From NCBI GenBank assembly GCA_010909165.1, contig VJWM01000119.1, forward strand, positions 682,001 through 746,000: 64,000 bases of DNA, written 5' to 3'. Source of the stretch: Anthoceros angustus (lineage: Eukaryota; Plantae; Anthocerotophyta). Below, piece by piece: positions 54,592 to 64,000 of the stretch (within the stretch, counting starts at the first letter, position 1; the number at the start of each line of letters is the position of its first letter). The position numbers and the translations under genes were made by a program. The notes below the pieces were generated by a model. That model worked only from the letters and a program-made list of their open reading frames with translations, had not been told where the DNA came from and made no database searches.

Positions 54592-56846
54592 TCATGGTCG
54601 ACCTCACAACTGCAACCGCCTGCAAACCGATGCACTCGGTAACCATCTCTTACCACAATGTCTCTCATTTCAACCCTTGACATGATCTCCGTGGAACTGG
54701 CAGTCACTGCATAAATTCTTTGTTACCATCAAAGGTGTGCCACTTGGAGTGTTCAAGAGACCAAAAGCCAGAGCTAACTTCTCGGCATGCCCACAAAGCA
54801 CGTCTTCCTTTTCCCTCTCAGACAGTTGCTTCAACACCAGCTTCGTGTGTGGTACGTGGCCCCCTTCCTGCTTCAGACGCACATTCATGCTCTCTACCTG
54901 GAGCGCAAGATTATCTCTGTTTTCTCCCACCACGAATGTATGTACCTGCTTCTCCAACCTGCCTGCCACTGCAGGTTTCTTGTTAGCTCCTGCTACCATC
55001 CTTTGTGTTTCAATCCTGTCTACATCGGTCCACCCTGCATCTGCATACGCATTGGCCATGAGCACATATGCGATGCACTCTGAGGCTCCAGTCTAACGAG
55101 GCTTTCAAAACACCGTGTTGCCCTCTCTACATCCCCGTGAATTTTGCAGGCATTCAGCAAAGACGTCAACGCCACAACATTGACTTGGCTCTCACATGAT
55201 AACAGCATGTTCTCTGCTCATCTACATGGCCTGCACGCCCAAGAAGATCAATCATGCAATTGTAATGCTCAACAGTGGGTTTGACACCATGCTGTTCAAG
55301 CATCGAATCAAGTGCTTGCACCAGTTACCAGTCCTGCATGACTGCAAGCTCCCAGAAGGCAAGTAAAAGTCGTATCATCAGGCTGAATACCAGCGACTAA
55401 CATCTCCTCAAAACAAGCTAGTGCTTGGTGAGCTTCATCACAACTACCACATCCTGCTATCAAGGCATTCCACGTCACCACATTTTCGTGGCCAAGCTGT
55501 CAAAAACACGGCGTGCATCTTCCAGTTCACCACACTTTGCATACATGTCCACCAGGCTAGTGCCTACAAGTATGTTACTTAGTTGTCCTCGTTCAACAAT
55601 CTGTAGTGCAGCTGCCTGCCCATCTGTAAGGCACCGCCACTTGCACAGGCCTTCAGAAGGCAAGCAAAAGTAACACAGTTACCCACAATGAGGCCCTCCT
55701 GCTCCATTTGTCCAAACAGAACAAGCGCCTCTTGGCCGAGCCCATGATTCGCATACCCAGCTATCAGGGCTGTCCATGTCACCACATCCTTTGCGGCCAA
55801 GCTGTCAAACACCCTGCGAGCATCTTGCAGTTCACCACACTTTGCATACATGTCAACCAGGCAGTTGCCAACAAACAGGTTAGGAGAAATGCCACTGTGC
55901 AACAAATCAGAGTGCACCTTTCTGCCAGATTCTAAGTCCGCAGCAAATGCACAAGCTTGAAGGGCTGCTACAAACACGTGAGCATCCGCCTGCACACCTG
56001 AGCTGCGCATCTCATGGTACAGTTGTAGGCCTCACTAGCTTCCCTGTTTGGCATTCGCGGATTATAGAAAACCACATGAAGGCATCCGGTTTTCCCACCC
56101 TGGTGAACACATCCATGGCCTCCTGCAGCCTACCCCCATATGCATACATGCGCAAGATATGGTTCCCCAAGTATGTATCTGACTCATACCCAAGTTTGAC
56201 AACGAGATCATGAACTCGTCGCCCCGCAACAAGATCCTTCTTAGCTGCACACAGTTTTAGCACAACATACAAGAGAGACTGAGAAATGGGACAGTCTTTC
56301 TGCACGAGAGATTCTAAGGCTCCAAGGGCCTCAGTAAGCTTCCCCTGCTGACATAACGTGCTGACGGTTACAGCTGTTACGATGCCCATTTCCGATCCAT
56401 GCCTGCCTGGCCCAGGACTACCCGGAGAGCTCGAATTGGAGGAGGCACCACGACCTATGTTCATATCCAAAGAAACGAGCTGTTCATCCACCCAAGCTGG
56501 CTTCAACAAGTTGTTTAACCAGAGGACCTCACCGGAACCCTTTCGCCGGAAGTGAGGCGAACAAGAGCTCTTCTTACCTCGCCTGTTATCCCACCACATG
56601 GCAGGGTCAAGAAAAAATTGTCGCCACAAGAGCTCCTGCTCATGGCGACCACCATCGCTGGAAAATCCTTTCCCAGCCATCCATTTTGTCGGAACTGCTG
56701 GGTTCCTTACACTGCTGCACCTGGTGGCAAGGTTGTTTGCCAGCGGTTGACACTCTGAGGTGAGTGGAGCGGGAGCTCCTCGTGGAATCCCTGTACACCC
56801 AACAATTTGTTGGGTGCACAACGGATCCGGTTGCCACGCTGGCCAT
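54592..56846 (-). pseudogene. Inverted copy of gene E with many small deletions (E')
   Basis: ORF pieces 56012-56821, 55579-56010 and 54670-55065 match gene E nearly residue for residue. Confidence 0.85.
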
Positions 56847-59339
56847 CCTGCAGGCTCCTCTTTCGGAGGACGAGGACCACAATGGACTATGTAGGCCGTG
56901 GCAGGACGCCAGTACTGTGCACCACCATAGCACCCTTATAGCAAGCGCCGTGTGTAAGCAAGTGCTGTACTCCTTGTCTCCTGGCATGATACACCAAGTG
57001 CCTGTAGGACAGCAGCCTCGTTTTTAGGTGGATCTACTTCCTGCACCCCGTTGTTTGTGTTCCCAATTGAGCATATGGATGTACAGAGAATTTTAGAAGA
57101 GTAAGATATTCAAAATAGATAACTAGTAATTTTGATTCGACTAATTCGCAATGAATGTGAGGTATTTTATTGTGTGATATTAGTTCCAAAAGCTTACCTA
57201 AAGTATAGCCATGTAGAGAAACAAAAAACGTTTAAGAGAATGAATAAATTATTTTTATAAATTGGAAATCAAGGAGCACCGTAGAAACTCCTAAGTTGCA
57301 TGAAGCAAAGCGAAAGACCAAGGACTAAAAGCTGCTCTTAAATTTTACTATTAGTATCAAGGGTGATCTCGGAAGACCTCACACAAGGGAGGCCGGCGTC
57401 TAGGGACGATTTACAAAGTACCTTTAAACAAACAATTAGATTAACCTAGTGTCGATCCTCAAGGATATACTATAGGTTTCATAAGATCGTCATAGCTTCT
57501 ATGAAACAAGATTGTAGTATTGGGTACCAAGGATCTCAAGAAGGAGGAAGAAGCTCCCAAGAATCTCCTGGACTCGCTCATGTCTTGGATGTTGCGGATC
57601 TCAAATAGCATTGTGTGAGCTTCTTTGCTTCGATGATGCCGGGTAAGAATAGGAAGTGGGCTTGGTCGTCAATGTCCATTATGATGCAGCCCTAGCATAG
57701 CCTTTCCGTGGTAGGAATCCTCGTCATGTAATAACTAGTGAACCACTAGTTGTGACTACCTTATCTCCACGTGGCGGTGTCGCACCATCATCGTGGGCAT
57801 GTTCATGTGCAAGTATATATCTCTACTATTCATCTTCTCCCTGGTTGATGTGAAGGGCATAGTGCACAATGTCTGTAGTCATGACAGCCTTAGCCCGTAG
57901 TTTTCAAAGGTATGCTTGCTGAATGTGGTCAGGGTGACAATGGCGGTGTCCTTTGTTGGTAGATCCGATCTCAAAGGTATGCTTGCTGAATCTGGTCAGG
58001 GTGACAATGGCGGTGTCCTTTGTTGGTAGATCCGATCTCAAAGGTACTTGCTGAATCTGGTCAGGGTGACAATGGCGGTGTCCTTTGTTGGTAGATCCGA
58101 TCTCAAAGGTATGCTTCCTCGTGGTGACAATGGTGGTGTCCTTTGTTGGTAGAGCCGATCTCTAGAGCCAGTTCCATGTCGTGAGCCCAGCCTCTTTGCT
58201 TAAGCAAGCATGTTTGTCCGGAAGCGAGCTAGATTTGATAGCCTATCGTGTCTCATGACCTTGTTTATGAAGTTGATTACTTCTTTCGGTGTGAATTTCT
58301 AGTGGGTAGTCTCGACTCGGCCAGATGTTCGCCCGGCATGTTTGCCGATGGGATGTTAGCCCGCATTGTTTGCCAATCGAGCATATATATATATGTAGAG
58401 AATTTTGGAATGTAAGATATTCAAAGTAGATAACTAAGTAATTTTGATTAGACTAGATTCGCAATGAACGTGGGGGTATCTTATTGCCTGATATATAGAT
58501 TATTAGTGCCAAAGGCTTAGACTGTTCCAAGAGGCCCACGGTTAAAGTCACTGGACTGAGCCACCGCTTGTTGGCTGGGGAGGGAGACTAAGCCCATCCT
58601 GTTCCAATAATTATTGATTAATTATTACTGGGACAGTGTAATTGAGTCTTCCCCTCCTGCTGGGACTGACCTCAGCGCTGTTTTCTTCATTCTACCCTTA
58701 CACCAAGTGCAAAATCGTCCACACGGTACCCATCCCTTACAACAATGTCTCTCTTTTCAACCCTTGACATGATCTCCGTGGAACTGTGGCAGTCACTGCA
58801 CATGCGTAGATTCTTCGTTACCACCAGAGGTGTGCCACTCGGAGTGTTCAAGAGACTGTCGTGGTCAGTGTTTGATCCCACTACACGGCAAGATCCTGAA
58901 AAATTGTCGCCGCAAGAGCTCCTTCTGCTGCTGCCTCTGCTCCTGGCGACCACCATCGCTGCAAAACCTTTCCTCAGCTACCCATGTTCTCGGAAGTGCT
59001 TAGTACGTTACATTGTAGCATCTGAGGCTTGGATCAGGCTCAGCAGGGCAGGAAGCTGCATTCCCAGATTCAGGAAGCTCGAAGCTGATGACTAACTGAT
59101 GGCACGCAGGTGAGGATTGATGCACCAGCTTCTTGTAAATTCCCTGTACATCCACCAATTTGCTGGCCACATGTGTAGGCATTGCGCGCGACCACACGAC
59201 CGTCAGCAGGGACGGTTCAGCGATGGCAACGACCGCTGATTGAAAGCACCCTGCCAGTTGAAAAGGACAGGGTCTTGCTGTCGCTGCAACGTGGATGCTG
59301 CTGCCCTTTCGAGACCTTGCCCGATTTAGATGGATGCCC

Positions 59340-60600
59340 TGACCAGTCGCTTGTCAGAGTGCGAGAAGGTGAAGGTTCCTTCTCGCTTCAATTTGGGCAG
59401 GAACTGGGAAAAACCAGATAGAGGTGCAGACGACATGACTGACAACTGAATGCAAAATCAGGACAAGCAAAGTCAAGAATTTCCTCACTTGAGCCAAACA
59501 TTCTCGTCCCGCACTGCTGTAGGAGGACATCCTTGTGTCTCTAGGAACACAATTCTTTAATTTGGGCTCCTCGGCACTCTCCGGCGATCGTAGCTCCTTG
59601 GCGGTGAGCTTAGCAAACGTTCCGGCCTCCCTCTGCACTCGTAGGGATTTGTCAGACGATTCCTCCGTCTGTTGGAAATATGGCACCTGGCTGTGCCTGG
59701 GAGCCGTAAGCATTGCCACACTAAGAGAGACGCGTCACGCACTACTCTTGCCAAGATCCAGATTAACACGTTCTGGAATTTTGCACACCTCATAATTCAC
59801 AATCAGAGGATTAATTGGTCATAATCTTGTTGATACACCGTTTGATGCTCTCCGCGGAGCCTGCAGGATGCTCTCCAAGGGGTTCGGCAATCTGCCTGAC
59901 AGCAATGCGGTTGCATGCGAGTATGCAATGTGACGTATCCTGCCTAATGGTGTTCTATACTTGTACCCCTTCAACCCTGTGCCTGTGCGGGATCAGCTTC
60001 AGCAGGGCAGGAAGCTTCATTCCCAGATTCAGGAAGCAGGCCTTGAAGCTGATGGCCACCTGATGGCACGCAGGTGAGGTTGGATCAGCTTCAGCAGGGC
60101 AGGAAGCTTCATTTCCAGATTCAGAAGGCAGGTCTCAAAGCTGATGACCGGCTGATGGCACGCAGGGTGAGGCTTGGATCAGGCTCAGCAGGGCAGGAAG
60201 CTGCATTCCCAGATTCAGGAAGCTCGAAGCTGATGACTAACTGATGGCACGCAGGGTGAGGATTGATGCACCAGCTTCTTGCATCTGCGTCGTCCATGAA
60301 CGATGGTAATGTCGCAAATAGCAAGTGCCGAGGTGAGCCATCTCAACAAGGAGTGTGGTTGTGGTGGAGTAAATCAAGCGGATTCAAGTTCATATCAGCT
60401 GCTTACCACAGTCTTCGTACAGCACACACCTCCCTGTTGAACCGGCTGCTGGGCACTGGCTAGTCCTCCTTTCTCACGGTCGACCCGTACAACTGCAACA
60501 ACCAGCTGCGAATCGATGCACACGGTACCCATCCCTTACAACAATGTCTCTCTTTTCAACCCTTGACATGATCTCCGTGGAACTGTGGCAGTCACTGCAC
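59340..60600 (+). repeat. Direct copy of ~44300-45580
   Basis: Same ORFs (59354-59719, 59815-60063, 60121-60324) and 93-bp repeats as 44.3-45.5 kb. Confidence 0.9.
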
Positions 60601-63600
60601 ATGCGTAGATTCTTCGTTACCACCAGAGGTGCCACTCAGTGTTCAAGAGACCAAACGCCAGAGCTAGCTTCTCAGCATGCCCACAAAGCACATCTTCCTT
60701 TTCCTTCTCAGACAGTGGCTTCAACACCAACTTTGTGTGGTGCGTGGCCTCCTTCCTGCTTCAGACGTGCATTTCGTGCTCTCTACCTTGAGCGCAATAT
60801 CATCCCTGTTTTCTCCCACCACAAATGTATGTACCTGCTTCTTCACCTCAATGCCCGCCACTGCAGGTTTCTTGTTAGCTCCTGCTATCATTCTCTGTGT
60901 TTCAATCCTGTCTACATCGGTCCACCTACCTGCATCTGCATAGGCGTTGGCCATGAGCACATATGCCGATGCACTCTGAGGCTCCAGTCTTACGAGACTT
61001 TCAAAACACCGTTGCCCCTCTATATCCCCGTGACTTTTGCAGGCATTCAGCAAAGACGTCAAACCACAACATTGCTTGGCTCACATGATAACAGCATGTC
61101 TCTGCCTCATCTAAATGGCCTGCACGCCCAAGAAGATCAATCATGCAATTGTAATGCTCAATTCTGGGATGACGCCATGCTGTTCAGCCATGGAATCAAA
61201 GTGCTTGCGACCCTCATTCACCAGTCCCGCATGACTGCATGCTAAAAAGGCAAGTAAAGTAGCATCATCAGGCTGAATACCGGAGACTAACATCTCCTCA
61301 AAACAAGCTAGTGCGCTGTGACCTTCATCACAAGTACCACACCCAGATATCAGGGCATTCCATGTCACCACATCCTTTGTGAAGCTGTCAAAACCTGCGT
61401 GCATCCAGTTCACCACATTTTGCATACATGTCCACCAGGCAGTTGCCCACAAGTATGTTACCAGCAGTCCTCTTTCCACAATCTGTGAGTGCAGCTGCCT
61501 GCCCTTCTGTAAGGCACCAGCTTGCACAGGCCTTCAGAAGGCAAGCAAAGTAACATGGTCAGCCAAAACCAGGCCCTCCTGCTCCATTTGTCCATACAGA
61601 ACAAGCGCCTCTTGGCCGAGCCCTGCTGAGCATACCCAGCAATCAGGGCATTCCATGTCACCACATTTTTGGCCAAGCTGTCAAAAACCAAAAACCTGCG
61701 TGCATCTTCCAGTTCACCACATTTTGCATACATGTCCACCAGACAGTTACCACCAGAGGTGTGCCACTCAGTGTTCAAGAGACCAAACGCCAGAGCTAGC
61801 TTCTCAGCATGCCCACAAAGCATCTTCCTTTTCCTTCTCAGACAGTGGCTTCAACACCAACTTTGTGTGGTGGCCTCCTTCCTGCTTCAGACGTGCATTT
61901 CGTCTCTACCTTGAGCGCAATATCATCTCTGTTTTCTCCCACCACAAATGTATGTACCTGCTTCTTCACCTCAATGCCCACTGCAGGTTTCTTGTTAGCT
62001 CCTGCTACCATTCTCTGTGTTTCAATCCTGTCTACATCGGTCCACCTACCTGCATCTGCATAGGCATTGGCCATGAGCACATATGCCGATGCACTCTGAG
62101 GCTCCAGAGCCACGACTTTCAAAACACCACTCCTCTATATCCCCGTGACTTTTGCAGGCATTCAGCAAAGACGTCAAACCACAACATTGCTTTGGCTCAC
62201 ATGATAACAGCATGTCTCTGCCTCATCTAAATGGCCTGCACGCCCAAGAAGATCAATCATGCAATTGTAATGCTCAAGTAGGTTTGATGCCATGCTGTTC
62301 AGCCATGGAATCAAAGTGCTTGCGACCCTCATTCACCAGTCCCATGACTGCATGCTACTAGAAGGCAAGTAAAAGTAGCATCATCAGGCTGAATACACCA
62401 ACGACTAACATCTCCTCAAAACAAGCTAGTGCTGTGACCTTCATCACAAGTACCACACCCAGATATCAGGGCATTCCATGTCACCACATCCTTTGTGAAG
62501 CTGTCAAAACCTGCGTGCATCCAGTTCACCACATTTTGCATACATGTCCACCAGGCAGTTGCCCACAGTATGTTACCAGCAGTCCTCTTTCCACAATCTG
62601 TGAGTGCAGCTGCCTGCCCTTCTGTAAGGCACCAGCTTGCACAGGCCTTCAGAAGGCAAGCAAAAGTGACATGGTCAGCCACAATCAGGCCCTCCTTCTC
62701 CATTTGTCCATACAGAACAAGTGCCTCTTCACCGAGCCCATGATTGGCATACCCAGCTATCAGGGCCGTCCATGTCACCAGATTTTTCCCCAGCTGTCAA
62801 AAACCAAAAACCTGCGTGCATCTTCCAGTTCGCCACATTTTGCATACATGTCCACCAGACAGTTACCACCAGTATGTTGTTCAGCTGTCCTCGTTCCACA
62901 ATCTGTGAGTGCAGCTGCCTGCCCTTCTGTAAAGCACCAGTGCTTGCACAGGCCTTCAGAAGGCAAGCAAAAGTAACATGGTTACCCACAACCAGGCCCT
63001 CCTGCTCCATTTGTTCATACAAAACAAGCGCCTGTTGGCTGAGCCCATGATTGGCATACCCAGCTATCAGGGCCGTCCATGTCACCACATCCTTTGTGGC
63101 CAAGCTGTCAAAACCTGCATCTTCCAGTTCACACTTTGCATACATGTCCACCAGGCAGTTGCCCACAAGTATGTTATCCAGCAGTCCTCTTCAACAATCT
63201 GTGAGTGCAGCTGCCTGCCCTTCTGTAAGGCACCAGTGCTTGCACAGGCCTTCAGAAGGCAAGCAAAAGTAACATGGTCAGCCAAAACCAGGCCCTCCTG
63301 CTCCATTTGTCCATACAAAACAAGCGCCTGATTGCCCATACATCCAGCAATCAGGGCATTCCATGTCACCACATCCTTTGTGGCCAAGCTGTCAAAAACC
63401 TGGCGTGCATCTTCCAGTTCACCACATTTTGCATACATGTCCACCAGGCAAGTACCACTGTATCCAGCAGTCCTCTTTCCACAATCTGTGAGTGCAGCTG
63501 CCTGCCCTTCTGTAAGGCACCAGTGCTTGCACAGGCCTTCAGAAGGCAAGCAAAAGTGACATGGTCAGCCACAATCAGGCCCTCCTGCTCCATTTGTCCA

Positions 63601-64000
63601 TACAGAAAAGCGCCTCTTGACCAAGCCCATGATTTGCATAACCACCAATCAGGGCATTCCATGTCACCAACTTTTGTGAAGCTGTCAAAAACCTGTGTGC
63701 ATCTTCCAGTTCGCCACATTTTGCATACATGTCCACCAGGCAAGTGCCCACACGTACCTGGTCTACATGGGCTGTTTCAACAATCTGTGAGTGTAGCTGC
63801 CTGCCCTCTGTAAGTCACCAATGCTTGCACAGGCCTTCAGAAGGCAAGCAAAAGTAACCTCGTCAGCCAACCAGTCCCTCCTGCTCCATTTGTCCATACA
63901 AAACAAGCGCCTCTTGACCAAGCCCATGACCTGTGCAATCAGGGCATTCCATGTCACCACATCCTTTTTTGGCCAAGCTGTCAAAAACCTGGCCTGCATC
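60474..64000 (-). pseudogene. Mosaic, indel-rich PPR-DYW:KP sequence: two DYW segments plus I/J-like triplets; probably unresolved assembly
   Basis: GRP stop at 60474. A second DYW segment is entered at ~61745 via the shared gttaccaccag. No long intact frame. Confidence 0.6.

Larger units (their letters stand above)
50075..59348 (-). repeat. Right arm of the inverted duplication, with a deletion-rich, low-quality-looking sequence
   Basis: Reverse complement of ~18127-27570 with numerous 1-5 bp deletions and two paralog-substituted patches (~58730-58855, ~59025-59130). Confidence 0.9.

Noticed and set aside
60474-64000. Additional novel PPR-DYW genes in the tail
   Set aside because: Mosaic of I/J/consensus pieces with dense deletions and microhomology jumps. 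It cannot be counted as real genes without read support.

Overview
Eukaryotic, intron-free, roughly 50% GC land-plant nuclear DNA, most likely a hornwort (a lycophyte or fern is also possible). It is dominated by a tandem/divergent cluster of PLS-class pentatricopeptide-repeat RNA-editing genes. Seven loci (A 1477-5294, B 6054-10182, C 11224-13524, D 13819-17340, E 20633-22926, F 26839-31276, G 31964-34888) and a split eighth (J 47413-50772 plus I 45451-46487) end in the variant DYW:KP deaminase (KKPA..IEV, HAEKLA, CxDCH, C-terminal GRP/GRH), the subclass associated with reverse U-to-C editing. Gene H (40495-44175) shares their N-terminus but ends in a truncated PG/WW-type E+ domain. The most striking feature is an N-terminal ~55-aa motif (LWRQFFLDPAMWWDNRRGK..SRSPDFRRKGSGEVLWL...KPAWVDEQL) that matches the ssDNA-binding PDF motif of plant OSB proteins. 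Between the genes lie a PIF/Harbinger relic, a hAT element with an exact 8-bp target-site duplication, gene relics and minisatellites. Bases ~50075-59348 are an inverted copy of ~18127-27570. That arm and the 60.5-64 kb tail are riddled with small deletions and mosaic jumps, so they look poorly polished or misassembled, and many frameshifts elsewhere are probably sequencing errors.
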